39,530 bases of DNA from an uncultured Dehalococcoidaceae bacterium (GCA_964442335.1 CAYTZI010000001.1:1-39530), one strand, 5' to 3'. Positions 8,266 through 18,059 are shown, counted from the stretch's first letter. The notes: a model not told the origin generated them from the letters alone. Numbers and translations are program-made.

Positions 8266-10191
8266 ATGCCGAGATTGCTCGATAATATCAATAGTCCCGC
8301 CGATTTAAAAGGATTGTCCCCAACGGCGCTGGAAGAACTGGCCGCCGAAATACGGCAGGAAATAATATCTACCGTCACCTCCACCGGCGGACACCTTGCT
8401 TCCAATCTGGGTGTTGTCGAGCTCACCATAGCCCTTCACCGCGTCTTCGATAGCCCCCGTGACAAAATTATCTGGGACGTGGGGCATCAAAGCTACGTTC
8501 ATAAGCTGCTGACAGGAAGGCGCCGCGAATTCAGCACGCTGCGACAGTACCAGGGCCTGTCCGGCTTTACCTGCCGCGATGAGAGCGAGCACGACCCCTT
8601 CGGCACCGGTCATGCCAGTACTTCAGTATCCGCAGCTCTGGGCATAGCCGTCGCCCGCGACCTCGCCGGCGATGACTATAAGGTGGTTGCCGTCATCGGT
8701 GACGGCGCCATTACCGCCGGGATGGCCTACGAAGCCCTCAACCATGCCGGGCACCTCGGTTCCCGGCTTATCGTTATTCTCAACGATAACGGCATGTCCA
8801 TCTCTCCAACTGTAGGCGCGGTCGCCAAGATGCTCAGCACCGTCCGCTTCGACCAGCGTATCGGGAAAGCCAAGAAAAGGGGCAAAAAAATCGTTACCGC
8901 CCTGCCTCTTGGTGATAAAATATGGCGGCTCAGCCAGCAGATTGAGGCGAGACTGAAGGGTTTCTTTATGCCTACCCCGATATGGGAAGCCCTCGGCTTT
9001 ACTTATATCGGGCCCATCGACGGACACAATATCCACAACCTCGAGAGCGTGCTTACCCGAGCCAGGGACTTTGTCAACCGGCCTACTCTGATTCATGTTA
9101 TTACCACCAAGGGCAAGGGCTACACCCCGGCGGAGACAAATGCCGTCTATTTCCACGGAGTGCCGGCTAAAGGGAGCAATAACGATAAGGTGCCGACCTA
9201 CAGCGAGGTTTTCGCCCAGACGGTACTACGCCTGGCGCGCGAAGACCCGCGGCTTGTAGTGGTGACGCCCGCCATGCCCGAGGGGAACTGTCTGAGCGTC
9301 GTGGCGAATGAATTCCCTGACCGCGTTTACGACGTGGGCATCTGTGAGCAGCACGCTGTCACCTTCGCCGCCGGCATGGCGGTACAGGGCTATATTCCGG
9401 TCGTGGCGATATACTCAACTTTCCTCCAGCGGGCTTTCGACCAGATAATACACGACGTTTGCCTGCAGAACCTGCCCGTCGTGTTTGCCATCGACCGCGG
9501 GGGCATCGTCGGCGACGACGGTAAAACGCACCAGGGCACTTTTGACATATCATATCTGACGTTAGTCCCGCAAATGGTCGTTGCGTCTCCCAAGGACGAA
9601 AACGAGTTGCAGCACCTCCTGTACACCGCGGTCAAGCTGGGACATCCCATGGCGGTGCGCTATCCGCGGAGTCCCGGACTGGGAGTCCAGCTGGATGAAG
9701 AATTACATGAAATACCCCTTGGTAAAAGCGAGGTGCTCAAATATGGAGGGGACGTAGCCATATTCGCCCTCGGCGCCCCGGTAATGCCTGCCCTGGAAGC
9801 AGCCGGCCAGCTGGTGGCGGAGGGGATTAACGCCACAGTGGTCAACGCCCGCTTCGCCAAACCTCTGGACAACGAGCTGATAAAAGACCTTTCAGGTCGC
9901 GTCAAGAGAATAATCACCGTTGAAGAAAACGTCGTGACCGGGGGCTTCGGCAGCAGTGTCGCCAGGGCGATACAGGAAGCTGGCAGGTGCGACGTGAACA
10001 TTAAAAACATTGGCATCCCGGATGAGTTTGTCGAACACGGTACTCAGGCAATCCTGCGGGCCAAGTATAACCTGGACGCTAGTGGTATTGCCCGGGAGGT
10101 GATGAAGATGTTCCCGGAGTCCGCACTAAAACAGACGCCTCATATGAAAGATAAAGCCGGCTCATCGACCTGGCAGGGTAGGGGAGGCTGA
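8266..10191 (+). CDS. dxs: 1-deoxy-D-xylulose-5-phosphate synthase
   Basis: MPRLLDNINSPADLKGLSPTALEELAAEIRQEII...GGHLASNLGVVELTIALHRVFDSPRDKIIWDVGHQSYVHKLLTGRR..., TPP motif GDGAITAGMAYEALN, transketolase-like C-terminal half. I chose ATG 8266, not the track start 8203. Confidence 0.95.
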   Translation: MPRLLDNINSPADLKGLSPTALEELAAEIRQEIISTVTSTGGHLASNLGVVELTIALHRVFDSPRDKIIWDVGHQSYVHKLLTGRRREFSTLRQYQGLSGFTCRDESEHDPFGTGHASTSVSAALGIAVARDLAGDDYKVVAVIGDGAITAGMAYEALNHAGHLGSRLIVILNDNGMSISPTVGAVAKMLSTVRFDQRIGKAKKRGKKIVTALPLGDKIWRLSQQIEARLKGFFMPTPIWEALGFTYIGPIDGHNIHNLESVLTRARDFVNRPTLIHVITTKGKGYTPAETNAVYFHGVPAKGSNNDKVPTYSEVFAQTVLRLAREDPRLVVVTPAMPEGNCLSVVANEFPDRVYDVGICEQHAVTFAAGMAVQGYIPVVAIYSTFLQRAFDQIIHDVCLQNLPVVFAIDRGGIVGDDGKTHQGTFDISYLTLVPQMVVASPKDENELQHLLYTAVKLGHPMAVRYPRSPGLGVQLDEELHEIPLGKSEVLKYGGDVAIFALGAPVMPALEAAGQLVAEGINATVVNARFAKPLDNELIKDLSGRVKRIITVEENVVTGGFGSSVARAIQEAGRCDVNIKNIGIPDEFVEHGTQAILRAKYNLDASGIAREVMKMFPESALKQTPHMKDKAGSSTWQGRGG

Positions 10192-10229
10192 CCTCCGGGT
10201 TTATAGATATCCAGTGTCGGGGGTGATGC

Positions 10230-11420
10230 ATGGACAAAATGACCGTCAGGGATATCGAGGTATCCGGTAAAAGAGTCCTTGTTCGCGTTGATTTTAATGT
10301 GCCGATGGATGCCCAGACCGGGACCATCACCGATGACAGCCGCATCCGGGCGGCTATCCACACGATAAAATACCTTATCGAGCACCAGGCAAAGGTCATA
10401 CTGATTTCCCATTTAGGCAGACCCAAGGGTAAACCGTCAAGGGAGTTCAGCCTGGAGCCGGTGGCAAAGCGCCTCTCGGAAATATTGGGCAAGCCCGTTA
10501 AATTCGAGCCGGACTGCATCGGGCCGGAAGTGGAGAAGTCCGCGGCAGCCCTGAAAGCCGGGGACGTCATGCTTCTGGAGAACCTGCGTTTCCATGCCGG
10601 GGAAGAAAAGGGCGATGACAGCTTCGCCGCGGCCCTGGCCCGGCTGGGCGACGTCTTTGTTAACGATGCCTTCGGCACCTCCCACCGGGCGCACGCCTCG
10701 ATAGCCGGCATCCCCAAATTCCTGCCCGCGGTAGCCGGATTCCTTCTGGAAAAGGAAATCAACACCCTGGGCGGCCTTCTGGCGAATCCGGAACACCCCT
10801 TCGTGTCGCTCTTTGGGGGAGCCAAGGTCAGCGATAAAGTAAGCGTGTTGAAAAACATCATGGGTAAAGTGGACTGCCTGCTTATCGGGGGCGGTATGGC
10901 GGCCACTTTTCTAAAAGCCAGGTCTTATGAAGTTGGCACGTCGGCGGTAGAGGAAGAAAGTCTGGAGATAGCCTCCGAGCTGATTAAGCAGGCGGAACAA
11001 AGCGGCGTGAAGCTGGTACTTCCGGTTGATGTGACTGTAGCCAGCGAAATCGATAACAAGGCGGCGGGGGAAGTTGTAGACATTAATGCCGTGCCCCGGG
11101 ACAAAAAAATAGTCGATATCGGCCCGAAGACAGTAGAAATATTCAGTAAGGAACTTGAAAAAAGCCGGACGGTGTTCTGGAACGGGCCTATGGGCGTGAA
11201 CGAAATACCGCAGTTCGCGGCGGGAACACAGGCGCTGGCGAAACTGCTGCCCGGGCTCAAAGCCAGGACCATCTTGGGGGGAGGTTCAACGGCTGAGGTC
11301 GTTGATGAGCTGGGGCTTTCCGACAAAGTGACCTTCGTTTCCACCGGCGGCGGCGCCTCGCTGGAGTTCCTCGGCGGCGAGAAGCTGCCCGGTGTGGTAT
11401 CATTACTGGATAAGAAATGA
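10230..11420 (+). CDS. pgk: Phosphoglycerate kinase
   Basis: VSGKRVLVRVDFNVPMD...ITDDSRIRAAIHTIKYL...ILISHLGRPKG...FGTSHRAHAS...GGGASLEFL. Full-length Pgk signature. Confidence 0.95.
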   Translation: MDKMTVRDIEVSGKRVLVRVDFNVPMDAQTGTITDDSRIRAAIHTIKYLIEHQAKVILISHLGRPKGKPSREFSLEPVAKRLSEILGKPVKFEPDCIGPEVEKSAAALKAGDVMLLENLRFHAGEEKGDDSFAAALARLGDVFVNDAFGTSHRAHASIAGIPKFLPAVAGFLLEKEINTLGGLLANPEHPFVSLFGGAKVSDKVSVLKNIMGKVDCLLIGGGMAATFLKARSYEVGTSAVEEESLEIASELIKQAEQSGVKLVLPVDVTVASEIDNKAAGEVVDINAVPRDKKIVDIGPKTVEIFSKELEKSRTVFWNGPMGVNEIPQFAAGTQALAKLLPGLKARTILGGGSTAEVVDELGLSDKVTFVSTGGGASLEFLGGEKLPGVVSLLDKK

Positions 11421-12622
11421 ATAACCTGGAACTGATTAGTAGTATCTCCCGGACCTCGCCGGAGAAAATCATCCTGCTGGTCATTGACGGCTTTGGCGGG
11501 CTGCCCGACCCCGTGACAGGCAGGAGTGAGCTTGAGACCGCCCGCATACCGAATCTGGACGCGCTGGCGGCAAAAGGTATCTGCGGGCTGTCCGACCCCA
11601 TTGCCCCGGGCATCACGCCGGGCAGCGGACCGGGGCACCTGGCGCTTTTCGGCTACGACCCCGTGGAGTGCAATATCGGTAGGGGAGTGCTGGAGGCGGT
11701 CGGCATCGACGTCCCCCTTGAAGCGGAAGAAATGGCCGCCCGCGGCAACTACTGTACGATAGATGAAAAGGGCATTATCACGGACCGCCGGGCGGGGCGG
11801 ATTTCCACGGAAAAATCCTCCGAGCTATGTGAATTGCTGAACGGAATCTCGATTGAGGGGATTGGCATAAAAGTATACCCGGTCAGAGAGCACCGCTTCG
11901 TCGTCGTTTTCAACGGCAAAGACCTGCAAACCGAGCTTACCGAATCAGACCCTTCGATAACAGGCGTGGCCCCGCTGGAAATAAAGTCGCTGAACGGGGG
12001 AGCCGGGGGGAAGGCAAAACTCGTTAGCGAATTTGTAGCTAAAGCGAAAGAAATACTGAAGAACTACCACCCGGCCAACATGATTTTGCTGCGCGGCTTC
12101 TCTAAAAAGCCGCACCTGCCGACGATGCAGGAAATTTATAAGCTCAACCCTCTGGCCATAGCAGTTTATCCCATGTACCGGGGGCTGGCGCGTCTGGTGG
12201 GGATGGATATAGCGAAAACGGGCACTACGCTGGAAGATGAATTTCAGACGTTAAAGGAAAGCTATAACAAATACGACTTCTTCTTTGTCCATGTAAAGTG
12301 GACGGACACCGCCGGTGAAGATGGCGATTTCGCCCGCAAAGTGAAAGTGCTGGAGGAAATCGATGCCGCGCTGCCGGTTCTTACCGGCCTGGCACCGGAC
12401 GTATTGGTCGTTACCGGCGACCACTCGACGCCGTCGGCGCTGGGCGGGCACAGCTGGCACCCGGTGCCGGTCGTTATCTGCTCAAAATACTGCCGCACGG
12501 ACGGTGTAAAAGAGTTCTCCGAAAAGGCTCTCCTGGCGGGGGGCCTGGGGAGGATAAGAGCCACGGAAATCATGCCCCTGGCGCTGGCCAACGCTTTAAA
12601 GCTGACCAAGTTCGGGGCTTAG
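11417..12622 (+). CDS. apgM: Cofactor-independent phosphoglycerate mutase, archaeal type (ApgM family)
   Basis: ILLVIDGFGGLP...TPNLDALAAKGICGL...PGSGPGHLALFGYDP..., C-terminal VVTGDHSTPSALGGHSWHPVPVVI. ATGA overlap with the pgk stop. Confidence 0.85.
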   Translation: MNNLELISSISRTSPEKIILLVIDGFGGLPDPVTGRSELETARIPNLDALAAKGICGLSDPIAPGITPGSGPGHLALFGYDPVECNIGRGVLEAVGIDVPLEAEEMAARGNYCTIDEKGIITDRRAGRISTEKSSELCELLNGISIEGIGIKVYPVREHRFVVVFNGKDLQTELTESDPSITGVAPLEIKSLNGGAGGKAKLVSEFVAKAKEILKNYHPANMILLRGFSKKPHLPTMQEIYKLNPLAIAVYPMYRGLARLVGMDIAKTGTTLEDEFQTLKESYNKYDFFFVHVKWTDTAGEDGDFARKVKVLEEIDAALPVLTGLAPDVLVVTGDHSTPSALGGHSWHPVPVVICSKYCRTDGVKEFSEKALLAGGLGRIRATEIMPLALANALKLTKFGA

Positions 12623-12629
12623 GAGTGAA

Positions 12630-13394
12630 ATGACGCGTACGCCTTTGATTGCTGGAAACTGGAAGATGAACACGACGATTGATGAGGCCATCAGTCTAAT
12701 TAAAACGATGCAGCCGCAGCTTCACAAGATACAGGGCGTTGAAAAGGTTCTGTGCCCACCCTTCGTTTCCCTCATGGTAGCACGCGGCATTACTAAAGGC
12801 AGCTCGGTGAAGCTGGGCGCCCAGAACGTCTTCTATGAAGAGAAAGGGGCTTTTACCGGTGAAATTTCGCCGCTGATGCTGGCCGGACTATGCGAATATG
12901 TTATCGTCGGGCATTCCGAGCGCCGGCAGTATTTCGGCGAGACGAACGAGGTTATCGATAAAAAGATAAAGGCGGCCATCAAAGCGGGACTAAAACCGAT
13001 ATTCTGCGTCGGCGAGACACTTGAGGAAAACGAGGCCGGGCAGACTAGAGAGGTGCTGGGACGCCAGCTCATAGATTCCTCCGACCGCTTCTATTTTCTC
13101 AGCGGCTGCGTCATCGCTTACGAGCCGATATGGGCCATCGGCACGGGAAGGTCCGCCAGCGGCGACGACGCCAGCAGGACCATCGGCTTTATAAGGCAAT
13201 TTGTCTCTCGACAACACGGCAGCGGCATCGCCAACTCGGTACGCATCCTCTACGGGGGCAGCGTTAACGCCGCCAATATCGCCGAGTTCATGAGGAAACC
13301 GGACATCGACGGCGCGCTTGTGGGAGGCGCCAGCCTTAAAGCCGACGAGTTCGTCAGTATCGTCAAGCAGGCTTCCGATATTAAAGGCGTATAG
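12630..13394 (+). CDS. tpiA: Triosephosphate isomerase
   Basis: PLIAGNWKMN, VIVGHSERR, AYEPIWAIGTG, ILYGGSV. AGGAG RBS upstream. Confidence 0.95.
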   Translation: MTRTPLIAGNWKMNTTIDEAISLIKTMQPQLHKIQGVEKVLCPPFVSLMVARGITKGSSVKLGAQNVFYEEKGAFTGEISPLMLAGLCEYVIVGHSERRQYFGETNEVIDKKIKAAIKAGLKPIFCVGETLEENEAGQTREVLGRQLIDSSDRFYFLSGCVIAYEPIWAIGTGRSASGDDASRTIGFIRQFVSRQHGSGIANSVRILYGGSVNAANIAEFMRKPDIDGALVGGASLKADEFVSIVKQASDIKGV

Positions 13395-13401
13395 CCACAA
13401 C

Positions 13402-14322
13402 ATGAAGCGTCTTATCGCCATCATCGGGCCTACCGGTATCGGCAAGAGCCGCCTGGCTCTACATCTGGCAGCGGTATTTCAAGGTGAAATAGTCAGCGCG
13501 GACAGCCGGCAGGTCTACCGCTACATGGACATCGGCACCGCCAAACCGACCCCGCAGGAGCTATCACTGATACCCCATCACCTCATAGATATACTCAATC
13601 CGGATGAAGGATTCAGCCTGGCGCAGTACCTGGAGCTTGCCGACCAGGCCATCGAGGACATTTTCCGGCGGCACAAAATGCCTTTCCTGGTAGGAGGGAC
13701 GGGACTTTATATCAAGGCAGTGCTGGAAGGATGGCAGGTGCCGAGGGTTTCTCCCGACAGGGAATTCAGGTATAATATGGAGAAGAAAGCCAGTGAGGGA
13801 AGCGTCGATGAGCTTTACGAAGAACTCGTTACTGCCGACCCTGACGCGGCAGCAAAAATTGACCGCCGCAATGTGCGCCGTGTGATACGCGCGCTTGAGG
13901 TGCGTGCCGGAGCCGGAAAGGCTTTTCCCCGTTTAAGACGCAAGAACCCCCCCGATTTTGCTCCGTTGATTATCGGCCTGACGACCGACCGCGTTGAGCT
14001 TTACCGCATGGTTGACCTGAGAGTGGATGAGATGTTAGAACGAGGCCTGGTGCGTGAGGTTGAAAATCTGTATAAAATGGGATATAAACCCGACCTGCCG
14101 TCCATGTCCGGCATAGGGTACCGTCAGGTAGGGCAGTTCTTGAAGGGCGAAATTACGATGGAGGAGGCCCGGCGGAAAATGAAGACGGAGACACACCGTT
14201 TTATCCGTCACCAGTATGCCTGGTTCCGGCGAGGCGATGAGAATATACACTGGTTCGATGTCAAGCGGAATAACGGGGAAGAGATAGAGAAAACGGTGTC
14301 TGAGTTCCTGGGAAACGACTAA
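13402..14322 (+). CDS. miaA: tRNA dimethylallyltransferase
   Basis: MKRLIAIIGPTGIGKSRLALHLA...IVSADSRQVYRYMDIGTAKPT...HHLIDIL. I chose ATG 13402, not the track start 13318, which overlaps tpiA. Confidence 0.9.
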   Translation: MKRLIAIIGPTGIGKSRLALHLAAVFQGEIVSADSRQVYRYMDIGTAKPTPQELSLIPHHLIDILNPDEGFSLAQYLELADQAIEDIFRRHKMPFLVGGTGLYIKAVLEGWQVPRVSPDREFRYNMEKKASEGSVDELYEELVTADPDAAAKIDRRNVRRVIRALEVRAGAGKAFPRLRRKNPPDFAPLIIGLTTDRVELYRMVDLRVDEMLERGLVREVENLYKMGYKPDLPSMSGIGYRQVGQFLKGEITMEEARRKMKTETHRFIRHQYAWFRRGDENIHWFDVKRNNGEEIEKTVSEFLGND

Positions 14323-14351
14323 TATGAGAGAAGAAAGAGAGAGCGGGACCG

Positions 14352-15209
14352 ATGGACTTCATCAAGATGCAGGGCGCCGCCAACGACTTCGTGATGGTGG
14401 ACGCCCGAAATATAGAACGAGACTGGTCAAAGCTGGCGCTGGGTATGTGCAACCGGCACCTGGGCGTCGGGTGCGATAGCCTTTTAATATTGCTTTCTTC
14501 GGATAAAGCCGACTTCGCCATGCGCACCTTTGACGCCGACGGCTCCGAGGCGGAGACCTGCGGCAACGGCATCCGGTGCCTGGCGCGCTACGCCCTCGAG
14601 AAAGGGCTGATAAGCCCCGATACCGAAGAGATAACCATTGAGACAGTCGCTACAATCAACCGCGTCAAACTGGAGAGAGAAGGCGGCAGGGTGGTCAGTT
14701 TTTCCGCGAACATGGGAAAGCCCAGGCTGACCGCCAGCCAGATACCAGCGAACGTCGCGCCCGGTAAAAACGCGGTCGAGGTCAACGGCATGTTATCCCA
14801 TAAAGTGAAAGTAGCCGGCCGCGAGCTCACGCTCAACCTGGTATCGATGGGAAACCCGCACGCCGTGCACTTTTCCGGTGAACCGGTAGCTGATTTCCCC
14901 CTGTCGACGATAGGACCACTGGTGGAGAACCTGCCAGTCTTTCCCAGGAGGATAAACTTCGAGGTGGCGCGGGTGCTCGCACGCAACAGGATAGAAGCGC
15001 GCGTCTGGGAGCGGGGCGTGGGGGAAACGCTTGCCTGCGGCAGCGGCGCCTGCGCTATCACCGTGGCGTCCCAGCTGCTCGGCTATACGGAGTCGAAGGT
15101 TGAAATCGAGCTACCCGGAGGGATTCTGAAAGCTGAATGGAACGGAGACAAAGAGGTGGTGCTGGGAGGACCCGCGGAGGCGGTATTCGAAGGCAAATGG
15201 CCGGACTGA
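14352..15209 (+). CDS. dapF: Diaminopimelate epimerase
   Basis: MDFIKMQGAANDFVMVD...ETCGNGIRC...SMGNPHAV...RVWERGVGETLACGSGACA. Both catalytic Cys regions are present. Confidence 0.95.
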   Translation: MDFIKMQGAANDFVMVDARNIERDWSKLALGMCNRHLGVGCDSLLILLSSDKADFAMRTFDADGSEAETCGNGIRCLARYALEKGLISPDTEEITIETVATINRVKLEREGGRVVSFSANMGKPRLTASQIPANVAPGKNAVEVNGMLSHKVKVAGRELTLNLVSMGNPHAVHFSGEPVADFPLSTIGPLVENLPVFPRRINFEVARVLARNRIEARVWERGVGETLACGSGACAITVASQLLGYTESKVEIELPGGILKAEWNGDKEVVLGGPAEAVFEGKWPD

Positions 15210-15219
15210 GGTGAAATAA

Positions 15220-16404
15220 ATGAAAATAGCCAGGCGGATAGAGAACCTGAAGCCATATCTGTTCGTCGAGATTAATAAAAAGATCGCCGAAAAAAGGGCC
15301 AAAGGCGAGGAAATAGTGAGCTTTGCCATCGGCGACCCCGATATCCCGACGCCGCCGCATGTCATCAATAAGCTCTGCGAGACAGCCAAAGACCCGGCGA
15401 ACCACCGCTACCCGGAGTCGGAAGGGCTGCCCGAGCTACACGACGCCATCGCGGAATGGTACAAGAAGCGGTTCAACGTTACGCTCGACCCGGCCACCGA
15501 GGTGCTGCCGCTCATCGGCTCCAAGGAAGGGATAGGGCATATAGCGTTCTGCACCATCGACCCGGGGGATTTCGCGCTGGTTCCGGACCCGGCTTACCCT
15601 GTCTACGCCATCGGCACGCAACTCGCGGGGGGCAGGCCCTATTACCTTTCTCTTAAAGAAAGCAGCGGCTTTTTACCAAACCTGAACGGCATACGCGAGG
15701 ACATCCTGAAAAAGACGAAGGTGCTGTGGCTCAACTACCCCAATAACCCCACCGGCGCCATCGCCGATATCAGCTTTTTCAACCAGGCGGTAGAGTTCGG
15801 CAGGAAGAACGATATCCTCATCTGCCACGACGGCCCTTACTCGGAGGTGGCTTTCGACGGCTATGAGCCGGTCAGCTTTATGCAGGCGGAAGGGGCCAAG
15901 GATACCGGTATAGAGTTTCACTCGCTGTCCAAGACCTACAACATGACCGGCTGGCGCATCGGGATGGTGGTGGGCAACGCCCAGGCGGTAGGAGCTTTGA
16001 GGACGCTCAAGTCCAACCTGGACTCAGGTATTCCCCAGGCGATACAGTACATGGCCATCGAGGCTTTTAAGGGACCGCAGGACAGCATCAGCGAGCACAA
16101 CAGCATCTACCAGCGGCGTCGCGACCTCATCTGCGAAGTCCTCAACAACATCGGCCTCAGCGTAAAGCCGCCCAAGGCCGGCCTCTATATCTGGGCGAAA
16201 GTCCCGGACGGCTACAATTCGATAGATTTCACATCGGACCTGCTCGACCAGGTAGGGGTGGCGGTAACGCCGGGCCTAGGATACGGGCGGAGCGGCGAGG
16301 GGTACGTAAGGCTTTCGCTGACTATCCCGGACGCCTCTCTGGTGAAAGGGCTGTCGAAGCTATCGGGGTGGAGAAACACGCGCCGCCTGACGATGAAAAA
16401 ATAA
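15220..16404 (+). CDS. dapL: LL-diaminopimelate aminotransferase (DapL-type, class I/II aminotransferase)
   Basis: MKIARRIENLKPYLFVEINKKIAEKRAKGEEIVSFAIGDPDIPTP..., NYPNNPTG, SLSKTYNMTGWRIG (PLP Lys). Immediately downstream of dapF. Confidence 0.8.
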   Translation: MKIARRIENLKPYLFVEINKKIAEKRAKGEEIVSFAIGDPDIPTPPHVINKLCETAKDPANHRYPESEGLPELHDAIAEWYKKRFNVTLDPATEVLPLIGSKEGIGHIAFCTIDPGDFALVPDPAYPVYAIGTQLAGGRPYYLSLKESSGFLPNLNGIREDILKKTKVLWLNYPNNPTGAIADISFFNQAVEFGRKNDILICHDGPYSEVAFDGYEPVSFMQAEGAKDTGIEFHSLSKTYNMTGWRIGMVVGNAQAVGALRTLKSNLDSGIPQAIQYMAIEAFKGPQDSISEHNSIYQRRRDLICEVLNNIGLSVKPPKAGLYIWAKVPDGYNSIDFTSDLLDQVGVAVTPGLGYGRSGEGYVRLSLTIPDASLVKGLSKLSGWRNTRRLTMKK

Positions 16405-17573
16405 CTCGACATAATAAAAGGACGGGGAAAATCACCAGAACAATAGTATCCACCAGGGCGGAACCCGAGCGGGCCCTTCTTCTGGCGGTATCCAAAAAGG
16501 GGAGGCGAAGCAGACAGTACACTGAAGACTCCCTGGAGGAACTGGGTCAGCTGGCAGATACAGCGGGTGCGGTGGTCGTTGGGAAGATAGTACAGCAGCT
16601 GCCGGCGCCGACGCGCGATTACTACGTCGGCAGGGGCAAGATACAGGAGCTGCTCGCCTTAAAAAGCACCAGTCCGTACAACGTGGTCATTTTCGATGAT
16701 GAGTTGAGTCCCGGCCAGCAGAAGAACCTGGAAGAAGCCCTGGAGGTGAAAGTCCTCGACCGGGTGGCGCTGATACTGGACATATTCGCCAAGCGCGCCC
16801 GCACCCACGAGGGAAGGCTGCAGGTGGAGCTTGCCCAGCACCGCTATCTGCTGCCGCGCCTCGCCGGGCAGTGGAGCCACCTGGAAAGACTCGGCGGGGG
16901 CATCGGCACCAGAGGGCCGGGCGAATCACAGCTCGAGACGGACCGCCGGCTGATAAAGCGCAAGATACAGCGACTGGAAGAGCAGACCGAGGAGATAAGG
17001 AGCCGACGGGCCCATTACCGCCAGCAGAGGCGGAAGAGCGGCATACCGGTGGCGGCACTGGTGGGCTATACCAACGCCGGCAAGAGCACGCTGCTGAACG
17101 CGCTGTGCGGGGCTGACGCCTACGCGGACGACAGGCTTTTCGCCACGCTGGACCCAACAACGCGGAGGCTGACTCTTCCTGGCAACAACACGATATTGCT
17201 CACAGATACGGTCGGCTTCATACGCAAGCTGCCGCCGACCATAATCAACGCCTTCCGGGCGACGCTGGAAGAGCTCGACGAGGCAAGCCTGTTGTTGCAC
17301 GTGGTCGACCTCTCATCGCCGGACGCCACCGAGCAGTGCCGTACGGTAGAGGATATCCTGAAAGAACTCGGGCTGGCGGAACGGCCGCGCCTGACCGTCC
17401 TGAACAAAATCGACCTGCTGGCAGGGGAGCGCGACTGGGACGAGGAACAGGCCCTGGACTACATAACGGCGCAGGGGGCCCCCGCCGACGAACGCACGGC
17501 GCATGTTTCCGCGGCCAGGGGCTGGGGACTAAACCGGCTGCTCGAGATGATGAGCGAGGCGCTGGCCGGATAA
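16368..17573 (+). CDS. hflX: GTPase HflX
   Basis: ...ERALLLAV...EDSLEELGQLADTAGAVVVG...YYVGRGKIQEL...G-domain GYTNAGKSTLLNAL, DTVGFI, NKID. GTG 16368 is the only canonical in-frame start upstream of the conserved region and overlaps the dapL end by 37 nt, so the start is uncertain. Confidence 0.85.
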   Translation: MEKHAPPDDEKITRHNKRTGKITRTIVSTRAEPERALLLAVSKKGRRSRQYTEDSLEELGQLADTAGAVVVGKIVQQLPAPTRDYYVGRGKIQELLALKSTSPYNVVIFDDELSPGQQKNLEEALEVKVLDRVALILDIFAKRARTHEGRLQVELAQHRYLLPRLAGQWSHLERLGGGIGTRGPGESQLETDRRLIKRKIQRLEEQTEEIRSRRAHYRQQRRKSGIPVAALVGYTNAGKSTLLNALCGADAYADDRLFATLDPTTRRLTLPGNNTILLTDTVGFIRKLPPTIINAFRATLEELDEASLLLHVVDLSSPDATEQCRTVEDILKELGLAERPRLTVLNKIDLLAGERDWDEEQALDYITAQGAPADERTAHVSAARGWGLNRLLEMMSEALAG

Positions 17574-17767
17574 GCCACTAAAGCAAATGCCCCGCAACCC
17601 CGGTGCCAATCTTTTGTTTTGTTGTTAAAGTGCGTTTTTGAACCTATTTGTTTTTTGTTTTTATTTCTTCAATTTTTTTATAAATCGTCACGAACGATTT
17701 GTTCGCGGGAATTGTTTTTTTGTTTTTCCATTTTAGCTTCGAATTGTTTTTAATTTATTTTTATCGG

Positions 17768-17815
17768 TTAGCAATTAGCGATTTGCGTTTAGCTGCCCAT
17801 CCACCCCCCGATGAT
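17768..17815. repeat. Heptad array (TTAGCAA TTAGCGA TTTGCGT TTAGCTG) followed by CCACCCCCCGATG, copy 1 of a dispersed module
   Basis: Read directly from the sequence. A homologous module is at 22097-22136. Confidence 0.8.
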
Positions 17816-18059
17816 ACTTTAGGTCAAAACGGTGGAACTTTCAATCGAAGAATGTCGCGGCCGGGGGATAAAACCATCTACATGGATTTTATAGCTGTAA
17901 AAGGCTCCTGCCCGAAGCTACGACGCACCAGAATCGAAATCTGAGCGTTTTAGGGTGCTTTTGAATATCTGAGTACCTTCGAGAGGGTCTATCGGCGTGT
18001 TGCTGATACTAAAATTCACCGCCTTTTTCTTTTTCAGAGGTAACCCACCCCCTTGGTCC

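Noticed and set aside
10340-10360. A DnaA-box-like 9-mer (CTATCCACA) inside pgk.
   Set aside because: It is a single imperfect box inside a coding region, with no cluster and no adjacent AT-rich unwinding element. It is expected by chance.
10079-10906. Long antisense or alternative-frame ORFs in the track that lie inside well-supported genes: 10079..10906(-), 10925..11638(-), 24340..25224(+), 26163..26735(+), 28201..29454(+), 35136..36176(+), 8623..9156(-), 16687..17160(-) and similar.
   Set aside because: They fully overlap genes with clear family signatures on the other strand or frame. Their translations are Arg/Gly/Pro/Ala-rich low-complexity sequence typical of shadow ORFs in GC-rich coding DNA. 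They have no RBS or family motifs.
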